Origin: Callorhinchus milii
Lineage: Eukaryota
Assembly: GCF_018977255.1 (NCBI RefSeq)
Contig: NW_024704742.1
Coordinates: 136,154,001 to 136,218,000, forward strand
DNA: 64,000 bases
Direction of reading: 5' to 3'
This document shows, piece by piece, positions 48,685 to 62,824 of the stretch (within the stretch, counting starts at the first letter, position 1; every line of letters begins with the position of its first letter). The translations under genes and the position numbers were made by a program. The notes beneath the pieces are model-generated. The model had not been told where the DNA came from, did not search any database, and saw only the letters and a list, made by a program, of their open reading frames with translations.

Positions 48685-50859
48685 TATGCAGCACTTTATC
48701 AAACATGTTTTGAAAATCCATATATACATCAACTGCACTACCTTCATCCACCTTCGCTGTTACTTCATCAAAAAAAACTATCGGTTTGTTCAACATGATT
48801 TGCCTTTACAAATCTGTATTGGCTGACCTTTATTAACCCATATTTTTCTCGGTGAAAAATTATTTTGTCCCGGATTATCATCTCAAGACGTTTGCCCGCT
48901 ACCGATGTTAGGCCGACTGGCTGGTAGTTCTCGGATTCATCCTTCGCCCCCTTTTTGTACAGTGAAGTAATACTTGCAAACCTCCAGTGCTCTGGCACCA
49001 CTCCGGTACCCAAGGAGAATTGAAAGATTGTGGCTCGAGCCGCCGTTATTTTCACCCCTTACTACCTTCAGTTATCGAGGATGCATTCCGTCCGGACCAG
49101 GTGACTTATCTGTCCGTTTTAGGAACTGAACCACTGAGGCTGCCAAGACTGATTTGATTCCAGCATTCTGTTATCAAGCACAACAACCCCCACCCCAACC
49201 ACCATGATTCCTTATTAAGAAACTTCCATTAGGTGCAGTACGTTACCGCTTAATCAAATCCCACGTATTTGCAACCAGAGCTGAGATGAATAAACGAAGT
49301 TAGGTGGAGGTGTTAGCATTTTTTTAAAGCTGTATTATGTCCACGATATCTTCCGAGTAGTAATAATAATCCTTGTGTTTGATCTCGTGTCTAATCATAT
49401 CTTCGAGACGTCTCAAAGAGCTTCACAGAATGTATTGTAAATATATCCTTGACTGTATATTTTGTGTCTTAGCGATTAAGACAAACGTACAGAGAGGGTA
49501 GTAACATACAGACATACATACACACACCGAGGCAGAGGAAGAGGCTGGGTCAGGAGAGGCAGAGCCACATAAACACACACAAACTTGATAGCTTCACTGT
49601 TTTCATACTGAATCCACAACAGGGCCACTCCCAGATGGTGTTACCACCATTAGGTCTATTTAAAATTCACTTTTCAAAAAAAATATTTCCTGTCTGGCAT
49701 AATACGGTATTGACCAACCTCTTCACATGATCAGAGATAGGAATAGGTGGTCCCCATTTTTAGTTTGCTGGAGTGTAAATAAAGGCTTGACTCAACCTGT
49801 CTGCTGCCACACGCAAACAAAAGAGCTTCACTCCAGGACAACAATTATTTGATCCATTCACTCAAATCTTGTAGTCAAATTTTTTTTACGTGGGAATACA
49901 CTCCACCCTTGGCTCAGTGTCGTGCTCCGCCACTGCCAAGTGCCCTGGGACACTATTCTGCATGAGGGCGTGATAAATAGATGCAAGTTGTTATTGTAGT
50001 ATACATATTCTTGCATTATCTTCAAAAATATGCTATTCCCAATCCAATGCTTACATTCAATGTTTGGAAGCAACCTTCAAATAGGAATTTGTAGTTTATC
50101 TTAAAGACAATACATCGGTCAAAGAGGATAGGGAAGAAGTTGGATCAGACTAGGGACCCATGGGGAATGCCATTAGCACACTTGATGGGTCAAATGGCCT
50201 GTTCCTGTGCTTCAACATTAGAAATTTCCTTGGGTCAGCATTTCTGTCCCAAGATGTATAGAACTTTTTAAGTGTGAACAAGTGCTCTAAACGGTACATA
50301 CCTGTGCTATGCAGCTTATTCTGACTGTAAAACGTGCAATAGATACAGTTCCATTACAATTCCTTCTATGTTGACAGAATAAATCAATTGCAAATTCCAT
50401 GCAAACCTCACACTTGAAAAATTCAGATCATGTGGATGTTTGCAAAGCCAAATAAATGCCGAGTTGAAACCCAAACCTGGATAGTCATAGATTGTTTTAA
50501 AACCGCACCACAGAATGGAAAGGTGGGGAAGTAACTAAGAGAGTTCAATATATATATTAATATATATATTAATATATATTCTATATATATATATACTCTC
50601 ATTCACTTCCCAAGCCACAAATCTATCCAGCTCCCTCTTGAACCTATCAGCTTAGAGTTAGGTAGACTACAAACCATCAGGGAGATGTTAGGTATTTTAC
50701 AAACAAAAGACAGAAATAGATCAAACAGGCTGGGCAGATTCAACAGGACAGTAACGTGTTCAAGCCTCGATGAGTGAAGTCTTGCACTAAATAAATTAGT
50801 ACCAGCAGATCGATAAAAGCATTCCGTTTGAAATTTACATAAACACACACTTCAATTTC

Positions 50860-51476
50860 ACAGACAAGACAGAATAAAAAGGAAGATGGAGGGCAGAGAA
50901 AGACTTAACATGAACATGGAAAGAACTGCAAGGGGAAGGGGGGGGGGGAGAGAAGGAGAAATTAAAACAAGATGAGCGAAGCAAACACAATTAATTAAAC
51001 GATACAGTGAGAGGACATAAACAAACAATGAAGCTAAGAAATGTGGGGGGGAAGAAAGATGGAAGTGAACAGAAATACAGGAAATAAAGGAAAAAAAACT
51101 GGGGGAGGGGAGGAAGAAGAAGAGGAGCAAAAGGAACTGGGTCGGGGGAGAAAGGCACAGAAGGGGGAAAAAAAGGGGGAAAAAAACATGGATAGGGAGA
51201 GAAGGGAACAAAGGGGAAAAGAGGGAGAGGGGGGAATGGGTGGGGAGAGCAGCAGGAAACAAAATAAAAAAAAAGGGCAAGACAGGAGGGGGGGAAAAGG
51301 GGGAGAACCGAACAAAGAAAGGCGACGTCTGGGCGGAGAGATGGGAACAAAGGAAGAAATGTGGGGAAAAGGGGAACAAAGGGAGAAAAAAAAAAGGCAA
51401 TAAAGGGAGAGAGTGAGAACTGAAAAGAGGGGGAATTGGAGGGAGGGAGAGGAGGGGAGAGAGAGAGGGAGGGAGG
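50860..51476 (+). repeat. Purine-rich (G/A) low-complexity tract
   Basis: Strong G/A bias with many homopolymer runs; abuts block B copy 2. Confidence 0.85.
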
Positions 51477-54400
51477 GCCAGTTGGATGTGGACATGAACT
51501 GTTACTGAGACTGTTAAAGGAGAATTAGATAGGTGTGTGAAGAAGAGAAATGTTAAAAGTTCTGGGGATTGAGCAAGAGAAGCACTTATCTAAGGTTCAG
51601 AGACGATTTCTGTTCAGTGACACCTTACATTGACCAAGTTGCTTGCACGAATTGCAGCGTATTGATTGAGGTTTGATCTTTCGAGTTCTTTGCCCCGTTG
51701 TTTCCCAGAATCTCTGTGATTCATATATCAGGAGACTCGGCAGGGCAGCAGGTGATTAGTCTGAATGTGTGCTGTTTGTGTGAGCTCTTGAGACCATCCC
51801 AAACCAGCAACCGTTAATTAGGAGCAAAAGTGTAAAACCATCCCCAAAGCAGTTCCAGGATTCCAGTTAGAGGTTGGGGGTCATAGCCGTGAAGTCGGGA
51901 AGGGTGTAAGGTAAAATGTTCTTCCTTTTCTCAGTGGGGGGTGGAGGGAATGTTCTGTAAATTGTCTCCAGGTTCTCCTCACCCCCCACCCCACCCCGGC
52001 AGCTCTGGATTCGCCCGGTTATTTTACAACCGTTTTTGCTTCATAGCATTAGGAATCGTGTCAAAAGAAAAACTATAAAATAATGATCACTGCATCTGAG
52101 TGCTTTTGTGATAACTCTCTATTCAGGGTTACATAATAATAATCGTTGCATGAATTAGAAAGGCTTTGCCATTTGGTTGAAACTCCCATTTCATGCATTA
52201 TTTAGATTTTAAAACCTTGCCGTTTACACGGTGCCGATCACATCAGTGGCTCAAAATCCTTTGCAGTAATTAAGATGGAGTGGAGTGATTATATTTGAAT
52301 TAAGTGATTATTTGAATCATAACATTTTAATGTCTTTATGAGGCATGATTAACCCTAAATGGCTCTATTTTATGGTGCTGCCCTTTTTCCCTCCACTACA
52401 CCAACCTATGTGTCCTGGGCAATGGTACCTCCCAAATCCCTCCTTGCGTAAAAGGCACAATCAAATATAAGGATTATTATATACGCAGTACTATAAGTAC
52501 TATATAAGCAGTGCTGGATAACTGTATCTTTGTAGCTGGGCTCACCCTTTCATTCTAGTCATTTACTTCATGGCTGTTTCTGGAACATTGCTGCGCACAA
52601 ATTGGCTGCAATTCACGCCACTTTATAGTAAATCCTGTGAAATGCTTTGAGACATCCTCCTTGTGTAAAATATGCTATATCAAGTATAAGTGTTAAATAT
52701 GCAGTAATATGTAAGTGTTAATGTAACTGTATTGTAACTCTTTAAGGCCTGGCCCATTTCATTCTAAATTCAAGTTAAAACATGAAGTTTATTTAATTTG
52801 GCAAAGTTTCTCCAAAAAAGGCAGACCACAAATAAGTCAGTCTGTCATCCAGTTCTCTGCAAGTTTGATCCACGCAGCTTTCAAAGTGTGAACAGGTGGT
52901 GTAAGTGGCTTGCCTGGGCTGAAAGCCCATTGAAAGCTGTCATGTTCCTGGTTTGCCCTATAATTAGTTTTTTATTTAAAAAAACCTTCAAGCAGGCAGG
53001 AACCAAAGCCTAACACCCTCAGTCATTGAGAAATTTGCATGTCTTATTCTTTGATGTGGCCACGTCATTCCTTTTTTTAACATGTAACTTATGCCCTCAC
53101 TGACGCCTCATAAAGTCTTTCAGTGCCAGAAAATGAAATAATACAGTAATTTGCACATACTGTATATGGTGCCACTTCTATAGTGCCTTTCACATGAATT
53201 TCTTTAAACACCACCTAAATTCACTGGAGATCACCAAGGAGGGGCGTTTGAGGATACTGACCAACAGCACAGTTAAAGAGCGATATTTTAGTAGGGTTTC
53301 AAGGCAGGGGCCAAAGCATTTGTGGGTAAGAGTTCAGGGAGGGGGAGATTTTGGTTGAGAGTTCTGGGTTAAGTGAGGAAAGAAAGACCGACTTCTCCTG
53401 GAGATTTGTGTGTTGGTGGTGGAACAGAGGATGTGAGGGATGAAGAGATTTGGAAGGGTCTGGTGCACTCTTTAGTATATATCATCAAGATCCAATGAAA
53501 CAGTTCCCTCCCAAAACCTTTTCACACTTCCAAAGTCCAGCTGAATGTTACACATTTCAGGGTGATAATTTGCCCCCGCAAGGAGAGTTGGCACTTCTAT
53601 TAGTTATAATAGCTGAACATCCAGTTGGCTCATTTGATTGAGCACTGGACTTTGAAACCATAAGTTTCTCCATTTGAGGTTGGTTATTTCATTGCCCTCA
53701 ACAATTAGGTCATCCAGGGTGGGGAAGAGAAATTCAGCGGTTGAATCGGCTGAGAAGACTCGGATAGCAAAGGCGCAAATCCACAGGAAGTCCAAGGCAT
53801 TATCGAGCAGTCTGTCTGCCTTATCTATGAGATTGCAGTGGCGGGGGAAATAGTTTGGGGGTTATGGCTGGATCATGCTTTATGCGGGTGATTTGGAAAG
53901 CTGAAATTGCGTAAGGAAGGGTTCTTTAGGAGTATGATGGCGTCCTGTAGTGTACTCGCCTCACAAGCAAGAGGACTCGGGTTCGATTCCCGGGTGGGGT
54001 GAAACCTTAGGCATCTTTCCTTACTCTACACGCCTCTATACCTAGCGGTAAGTAGGAACCTGGTTGTTAGTCAATTGGCAGATTGCTTTCCGGGAATAAT
54101 AATCCCTCAAAAAACAAATTTGGGGTCACTCAATCCATGACTATTTGTGGAACACTGTTGTGTGCAATTAGCTGCTGCGTGGCTCCCACAAAATATACAG
54201 TCATGACATGATGAGATGCTATATAAAATTGAAGGATTATTATTATTTGGTAACAGCATCTCCTGTTTAAGTTATTGTTGTTCCCCCAATAAGAGTCTTT
54301 AGCAGCATTTTGATTGAATTGCAGGACCTCGGTAATAAGAGCTTGATTATTTGATATAATGGAGAGGATTTGTTTCCCCCTGTGGATAAATGAAATTGAC

Positions 54401-55038
54401 AGATTCTGAAGGATGTTCAGAATAATTCAGTATCTTCTTTAAACAAAACTAACTAACTTAATGATCATATTCTAAGACACAGTACCTAATGAAATCTGAA
54501 GCAAAGGTTATAATAACTAAGTGCTAATATTTCAGTAATGATAAAAAATTGGCTTACAAGTGTCCACTGGGCTGGTTTTAATATGGAGTAAAAGAGTTGC
54601 ATTCCATGCTCTGAGCCACTGAGGCCTACTCCAATCCAGCCTCAATCATTCTTGCTCTCACTTCTGGCTGTGATTTGTGGAGGTGGGGAGGCCGAGTCAA
54701 GAAAGGGGCGCTTATAGCCTAGATTTTTGCTCTATTAGATGCATCATTCCTTGTCTTTTTGCTGATGAGCCCCGAGCCAGCGGGCGGGCAGGGACCTCCG
54801 CGGGCGGAGTGGCCCTCATCTCCCAAGCTTCCCTTGGTCTATGCCCCTATTCCTCTGGATGTTTCTCCTCCTTTGACCACCTCACCCTCTATCATCCCTC
54901 CACTTTCTCCCTCAAAATCCTGCTAGTTTACCGTCCCCCAAACCTCCTGGCTCCCTCCTCACCGATATCTCCTCTCTTTTGTCATTCCTGTCGCTCTTCA
55001 CTGAACACCTGCTCATAATGGGTGATTTCAACCTCCAT
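51477..55038 (+). repeat. Duplicated block B, copy 2
   Basis: Matches 41659-45186 and continues into an L2 that copy 1 loses at the gap. Confidence 0.97.
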
Positions 55039-57066
55039 CTAAACTCCCTTTGCACCAGCTCCTAGAATTTCACTGCCCTCCTCTCCTCACTAAACCTCAC
55101 CCTCCACATCAATTCACCAACCCCACAACCATTGCCACTCTCTCAACCTCGTCATCACACACAGCCTTGACATTTCCGACATGTCAATCACGGACAAGGC
55201 TATCTCAGACCACTTGCTCATCTCCCTCTCCTCCCACATCCTCCTTCCCTTTCCAAACCCTCCACCATTTTTTTCTGCCCCTGGAAAAAAGCATCCCCCT
55301 GAGTCCCTCACAAATGCCCTCTCTTCCTCGGACCTCCTCTCCCTCTGGCCCTTCATTCGCACTGATCCTGATACAGCCGTCAATTTACTGAATGTCCGTC
55401 TCTCCACAATCTCAATTCCCTGATTCCTCTGAAATCCAGGGTTGTTTCCAAACCCACCCTCTCCCCCTGGTACGACAGTCATCTCCGCTCACGCAAAACA
55501 CAAAATCCGGCCTCACGATCCACTGCCAGCTGTGGCTCGAGCACCTCCACACCTACTACCTCTCCCGGTCACAGATCAAAACTGACTTTTATACCAAAGT
55601 CATCCTGGAGGCAAACAACAATCCAAAGACGCTGTTTTTCAATGTCCATCACCTCCTCCGTGCACCGCCTCAAGCCCCCTCTATCCTCGTGTCAAACTCC
55701 CAAGTGCGAAGAGGTCCTAGATTTCTTTGCCTCAGAAATTTGAAACATCCGCTTGGCTGCATAGTCCTCCCACCTCTCCGCGTCCCCTTCCAGACAATCC
55801 ACACCGCCTTCTCCCTCCACGACGGCTACTACCACTCCCCACTCCTTACGCTCTTTTGCCCACATTTTTCCCTCCTCAACCACAACCACCCTGATGAAGT
55901 TCACCACCTGCAACCTTGACCTCCTCCCCACTCAACTCCTCCCCCCCCCCGCTGTCCGACACAGTCAACTAGTCTCTCTCTCCTCACGCTCTGTTCCACT
56001 CCCCCTAAAAAAACGCTGCTATCAGGCTCCTCCTCAAAAAAAAACACCATCGATCACTCTAATCTCTCCAACTACTGTCCCATCTCCAACCCTACCCTTC
56101 CTTGTCAAAGTCCTGGAATGCATTATTGCAGGTCAACTTCGGTTACACCGCTCCCTCCTCGAGCCCCCGCAGCCTGGTTTTCGCCCTGACTGCCCACAGC
56201 ACAGAGACAGCGCTTGTCAAAGTCACAAACGACATTCTCTATCTGTGACCAGGACTCCCTCTGCCTCCTCGTCCTCCTGGATCTCTCTGCCGTTAAACAC
56301 AGTCGATCACGCCATCCTCCTCCAACAGCTCTCCTCATCTACCTCATTGGGACCACACTCGCATGGTTCAAGTCCTACTTAACCAACCACCACCATTTCA
56401 TCTCAGCAAACGGTTTCTCTTCCTGCCCGTGCCTGGTCATCTGCGGGGTACCCCAGGGCTCTATCCTTGGCCCTCTTCTTTTCCTTATCTATATGCTCAG
56501 TTTGGGCGATGACATCCGCAGACATGGGCTAAACTTTCACATGTATGCGGATGACACACAAATCTACTTTGCCTCCTCCAATGCCACTTCTCGACGGTCT
56601 TCCCAGTTCCACCATTTACAAGATCCAGCTCATCCAAACTGCTGCCCGCATACTGACCCGGACCAAACTCCGTACCCACATCTCACCAGTTCGGGCCAGG
56701 ATCCACTGGCTCCCCATCACCGAACGGATCAACTTCAAGAACCTCACTCTCGTTCATTCCCCAATTCATTCCCCAATTCCCTCCGCTCGACCTTGCACCG
56801 GCCTCCTGCTTGTTCCTCCACCCCACCATCGGAGATCGTGCTTTCAGTCGCTAGGCCCCAAAACTCCAGAACACTCTCCCTCAATCCCTGCACCTTCCTC
56901 CCTCTCTCCCCTCTTTCAAGTTCTGCTTGAAGACTTTCCGGTTCAACCGTGCTTATGGCCACCTCCTTCCTCCCCCCAGCTCGGAGTCAGGCTCCGCCAC
57001 TGTTGACCGCTCTTTGAGACGCTAGCCTGTGTGGAGGATGCTATAAATGGCAGGTTGTTGTTGTTG
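54770..57066 (+). mobile_element. Longest L2 relic: APE endonuclease plus RT plus 3' tail, many frameshifts and deletions
   Basis: GGVALI, LVYRPP, IMGDFNLH and ISDHLLI (endonuclease); NY.PISNLPFLVKVLE, LLVLLDLSA, GVPQGSILGPLLFLIYML and [11 protein letters not shown] (RT); (TTG)n tail at about 57055-57066. Confidence 0.93.
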
Positions 57067-59887
57067 TATGGGCAAAAAAAGGAGAGAACGGTGTCTTTGT
57101 CATAGTCGGTGCAGACAGTGATTGGAGACTGTGGGTTGCATGATAAGAGAGATCTATGATCAATGAAAGGAGGTTGCCCGTCTAATTGCCCTGAGTTGCG
57201 TGCACAACTAGTTTAAAGGTTATGAGTCTTTTTTTATAATCATGCTTTCTCGTGCATTCTGTCCCCTCATTTTCCTCCTTGGTCATCTTTCATTGTTATC
57301 ATATTATTATAATCATATTAATCATTATTAGCTTAGCATCTAATCTTGGTGGTAAACGATTATTTGGGGGACACTCCTGGGTGCAATTGGCTGCCAAGTT
57401 TCGCCCACAAAATACACAGTCAATCCACTTTACAATATATTCTGTCTCAATGACATGATAAGGCACTATATCTGCCTCACTCCCTTCTGCCTCCTTTAAG
57501 GCCCTTCTCAATACCCTCCTCTTCAACTGCGCCTTCCATTAGCCTCGTCTTCGACTGCGCCTTCAGTCACAGTCCTATCCCACTCCTCCTTATCCCAAAC
57601 CCCTTGCTGTCCAGAGTCTTGGGACATCCTCCCAACATGAAAGCGCTACACAAATGTAATTTGTTGATGATTTTGTTATATGAAATGTAAGGATTTTTAT
57701 TAGTATCTTCTGCAGACATGGAGTAAATTTCCACATGTGTGATACACAAATCTACATCTATAATAATCCTTGCATTTGATATAACGTCTTATTACGTCTT
57801 CGAAACTTCGCAAAGTGGTTCACAAGTTGCACGAGAAAGTGTAGTGACTATGGGTTTTGTAAGCCGAATGCGGCAGCCAAGACTTCTCTTCCACCATTCA
57901 CTGATATTTGCATCTATTTGATATCAAGTCCTGGATTGCAAAACTCAATTTTCTTCACCTTGGGTTTTTTTAAGCATCGTGGCCTAGATTAGAAAAGTAG
58001 AATGCTACAACACTGACCCCCTTCAGTCCATCCACAATCACGTTGGTATTCCTGATGAGTTACTGCATCTAATCCCACTCTCCTTCAGCCCGGGGATTTC
58101 CAACTGGTCACTCGGTGGCACAAGATCAAAAAGAGAAAGGAGCAACAGAACTGCACAGTTATTTAGCTCTATTGAAAACAAAGCCATATGCCCAAAGTAT
58201 TTCACGGATCTCTAACAACTTTGTTCTTTAAACTGTGGTAAATGTCGCTCCTGCCCCTTATTTTTATTGAGCCTACGTGACACGACACCTACCGGCGATA
58301 ATAATTTGCATTCGATATAGTGCTTATCATGTCATTGAGATATCTCAATTGGACTTTCCTACCAACTGCCCAATCCATCCTACACTCTCACTGGGCAATC
58401 CTGACGACTGTCTAAATCAGGTGGGACAGGTGAGTGGTCCAAAGGGAGCACATGCTCACTGTGATCCCGTTGCGGAGGGGGGGTGAGCGAGAATGGGGAG
58501 GGGGGAGAGGAAACCTTCATCCTTCCTGGATATCAACAAAATGATTTGGTGTCTACAAAAGAGCTCCACTGGTGAAGGGGCAAAGACAAAGTAGGGTTTT
58601 CCTGGTCCTGAAGGTATTATCTTGAAGATGAGAGACCAAAACACTGATAGAAAAGGGAGAGGTTTTTTTCTTGGTACCATGGCCAACAGTCCTTTGAATA
58701 AATTGGTCATTTATCTCTTAAGTTTCCTCACAAAATAAACGGTCCCTCCACTTTACAGTATATCCTGTGAAGAGCTTTGAGATGTCTCGATAACCTGAAA
58801 GGTGCGGTATCAAACGCAAGAGTTTTTTTGTATTCTATTTGTGCCGATTTAAAAACTGTAAGGCTGTTCCAAAAGGGGATTTAAAAGAGAATTTAGGAGG
58901 AGCTACGTCACGCAGAAGGTAGTGAGACTGTGGGACTCGCGGTCTGGAGTGGTGGTTTGAATCAGATGCGGCTGCTGTATACATGTAGATGTATTCGAGA
59001 GGAAGCGAGACTTTCACACGAGGGAGCGGGGAGTTGAAGGGTGTGGGAGGGAGTAAGGAATGTGTGAAGGCTTGTGTGGAATATAAACACTGGCACAGAC
59101 TGGGCTGAGTGGCCTGTTTCTGTGCTGTACATTCTTTGTAAGTGATTAACTATAAAATGTAAGTTCTTTGTTTACTTCTACATAATGTATTTGAAAAATG
59201 TCTCGATAAGATGGGGCATTATCTACATTGCTTTCTTTTCTGAGCTTGTACAGTGGAGGTATGTGTGTGCTGCATTATGTGTGTGTGTGTGTGTTGCACT
59301 GGGCATGTGGTGTTCCTGCTCAATGTATTGACTGTTCCTTTAAATGTTCTGGTCACACTCGAGAAGCTCGGACCCTTCTTGCCTTTTGTGCATACCTTGG
59401 CTCAGCCAGGAGCAAGGAGTGCTTAACAGTCGAGGTTCGCAAATCAGTGGACTGGTTCTACCAGCTTTGTCTTGAGAGAACTGGCAGTGAATCCACCTTC
59501 TGCATTCCTCTTCTTAAAATGTTCGTCTCGACAGTCAGCTAGGAACTTGGTTTAATGTTTCATCCACAAGAATGCTTCCCACCCCCCCGTCCCCCCCAGT
59601 CTTTTGTGTGCTTTGCAACACATGAGAGGCCATTCCTCCCATTAAGCCTATACTGGTGCTAATGCCTCCACTGGAGCGCTCTACTTTAGTCCTATTTTCC
59701 CTTTTCCCCCATAGCTGCCCAACGGAGCCTCTAAATCGATTTTATGCGTGAAATGGTTACTTTGAAATGTTTTGGCATCACCTACATGCATTAAAAAGCA
59801 AGACATTGAAATTTCAATTCCCCGCTTTTCCCCATTTTGTGCTCCACTATCCTTGGGCCAGTTGTGTGGCTCAGACCCCCCCAACCT

Positions 59888-60192
59888 GTCCTGTAGCTTA
59901 GCGGTTAGAGCACTCGCCTCGCAAGGTTCCCAGACGGGGCGAAATATTGGGCAAGTTTCCTTGCCTCAACACGCCTTTTAGCAGTGGGTAGGAACCTGGT
60001 TGTTAGTCAATTGACGGATCACTTTTTCAGGAGAAAAGCATAATAAAAATATAGTCACTCAATCCACGACTGCTGTGCGCAATTAGCTGCCGCATCTCTC
60101 CCACAGAATAGCCAATTCACTTTACCTTATATTCTGTGAAGCGCTTCGAAGATGTGATAATGCACTATGTCAAATGCAAGGATTATTATTAT
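59888..60192 (+). mobile_element. tRNA-derived SINE, long form, decayed
   Basis: gtcctgtagcttagcggttagagcactcgcctcgcaag head; tail at about 60190. Confidence 0.8.
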
Positions 60193-61264
60193 AACCATCT
60201 CACCCAGAGGGCTCATTGCTGTGAACCGAGTGAGCCACGGGCTTATTGACCACTTTGAAATGCAGGGTGAATTTGTGCAATAAAGTCTGGTGGCGGCAAT
60301 GCAGTTTATCACAAGAAGTAAGTGGTGTAACTAGACATTTTAGTCATTTATTGGAGGTGGTGGTGGGGAATCCACTTCCTTATCTCTTGAGGGCTTTATT
60401 TGCATCAAATATGCAACGGAGGATGTGGCTGAAGTCCAAGTGAGGTAATGGAAATGGAATCTGACCCTCAGGATTTTTGAACCTTAGACTAGACATGAAA
60501 ATGGAATTGAATATGTTGTCAAAGCAAATCTTATTCTGTAACGCTGTCAGAGGTTAAATGTCTTGTCAGATGTTGTGTATCTTGTGCTGAATGAGTGGAG
60601 ACGATCCACACTCGTAGCACTTCTCTGTTCTCCCTCTCTCCACCTTTCTTTCTCCCTTTCTTCCCCTCTCCCTGCACCTGAATTTTTTTTTCCCCTCTAC
60701 ATTGAGATTTTTAAGCACTCTGAGATGCTGCCGTGCGTGAAGGGCGCTATGTAAATGAAGTTGATGTTGTTAACTACATCTGTGTCATCCTGACCATTGG
60801 ATGTATCAGTCCTGTTCTCTGACTGGTCAATCAATGCGAAAAATTCAGAGGAACTTCCCTCTCATTCTGTCGCAGAACTTTTGATATTCACCTCTTCGCG
60901 ATTTGCTGCCGCATTTCGCCACAAAATATAGTCAATTCACTTTATAGTATTCTGTGACGCGCTTTGAGACGGACTTTACAGTCCAGATTAACACAGGAGG
61001 AGTGGGGGGACGGGGAGAAAGAGGGCAGTGCTGACAATCTGCCTTCCTACAAACGAGACTTTGAAAAGGGTGCGCTGTTTGCCTCTTCGTATTTAAAAAT
61101 ACTACAAAGTTATTGGAAAAGAGAAGGGAGTTTCTCCCAGTCACTTAGCCAACAAACCTCCAGATAAAATTGGTCATTAACTTTTTAATGACTTTTGTGG
61201 GACTTTGCCGTGTGGAGATTGTCTAGAAATAGTCGCTACACTTAACAATCCCCGTGAAGCACTT

Positions 61265-62800
61265 TATATCGACCAGACAGGAGCCATACTCTTCGGCTCT
61301 CGTCAATGTCTTCTCTCCCGTGGGTCTGAACTCCTCAACCTCCCTCAGCTCACCCGCAGACTCTCCGAACCCACGCGCAACTTAGGCGTCAGGTTCAATC
61401 CCTAGTTTTCCTTTCTACCACACACCTATTCCCTAACCAGGACCACTTTTTTCCATCCCGATCATATTACCTGCCTCCGTCCATAATCTCACAACCGAAG
61501 CAGCTGAAAACTTCGTCCTCGCTGTTGTCATTTTCCAGCTCTTTACTGGTCTCCCCGGTTCCAACATACAGAATATCCAATTAATTTGAAACTCCGCTGC
61601 TTGCACGCACGAAACTCCATACCTCCATCACACCGGTCCTTCCCAGGCGCCACTGGCTCCCAGTTACCAAACGGATCGATTTCAAAATCATCTCACTCGT
61701 TTTCTAATGCCTTCGTGCCCTCACATCTCCCTACCTGTCTAACCTGCTTACCCCCCCACCCCCCACCTCAATCCATCGCCGACTGCCTCCGCTCGGCTGG
61801 CTCCGGTCTCCTTTTTGTCCCTCGTCCCCTCTGTTCCCCCGTCGGTGGCCGTGCCACTACTCCTGGAACTCAATCTCTCCACCTTGCCCCTCCCTCCCCA
61901 CTTTAAAATCCCACCTGAAGACCTTCCTTTTTGATCGTGATTATGCTTTGCTCCCTCTCCCCTTGGCCTGTTGTCAGACTCCGCCACTGTGAAGCTGTCC
62001 GGGACGCAACCCGTGTGGAGGACGCTATATAAATGCGAGTTTATACAACTCACTACAACTCACCAAGCCATTCAGGAACCTCGGTGTTTTGTTCGACCCT
62101 CAACTGTCTTTTCTCCCCCACATTCAAGCCATGACCCGCTCTGCCTTCCCTCACCTCCGTAACGTCGCTCGACTCCACCACTACCTCACCCCTCAGGCCG
62201 CTGAAACACTTGTTCATGCCTTCATCACCTCCAGGCTGCAAATGCTCTGCTCGTCAGCCTTCCCAACTCCTCCCTCCACTGCCTGCAGATAATCCAGAAC
62301 TAACTCTGCAGCCCATGTCCTCTCCCGCACCAAACTCCATGACCCCATCTCCCCCACTCTCATCTGACTTCATTGGCTCCCTATCCCTCAGAGGATCCAG
62401 TTCAAGATCCTGGTCCTCACCTACAAAGCCCTCCATGGCCTCGCCCCACCCTACCTCTGCGACCCCCTACCACCCTCCCACTCCATCTACTCAGCCGGCT
62501 CTGGCTGCTCCACGTCCCCTGACCCACCCGCCCCACCATTGGTGGGAGAGCCTTCAGCCACTCTGCCCCCAACCTCTGGAATTCCATCCCCCAATCACTC
62601 CGCCTCGCCCCCTCCTCAACCTCCTTCAAGTCCCGCCTCAAAACCCTCCTCTTCGACCATGCCATCGACCACCCCCCTTTCCCTCGCCTCCCTTACCCCT
62701 CCAACCCCAGCTCAGGTCTGAAATACTGTACTCTGTCCAGCGCCTTGGGCCGTCCTCCCGGCGTGAAAGGCGCTATACAAATGTAATCTTCTTGTTGAGT
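61265..62800 (+). mobile_element. Two tandem L2 3' parts (older 61265-62050, younger 62050-62800)
   Basis: RNLGVRFNP, FDPQLSFLPHIQAMTRSAFPHLRNVARL, FKILVLTYKALHGLAPPYL; hairpin tails at about 61990-62040 and 62735-62800. Confidence 0.88.
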
Positions 62801-62824
62801 TGTTATAACATATTTTGATATTAT

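Larger units (their letters stand above)
47330..49110 (-). mobile_element. Decayed CR1-type LINE RT region with nested insertions
   Basis: Minus-strand VVPEHWRFASITSLYKKG...[27 protein letters not shown] (about 48121-48145), degenerate [10 protein letters not shown] (about 48190-48226). Confidence 0.88.

Noticed and set aside
50548..50596. (AT)n palindromic tract
   Set aside because: Ordinary microsatellite.
50858..51495. Phe/Pro/Leu-rich and Gly/Lys/Glu-rich ORFs
   Set aside because: Purine-rich low-complexity tract, possibly noisy consensus.
54770..57066. Active LINE or domesticated reverse transcriptase gene
   Set aside because: Motifs are split over many frames with stops and a large deletion after YADD. 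The same applies to 11575-12985.
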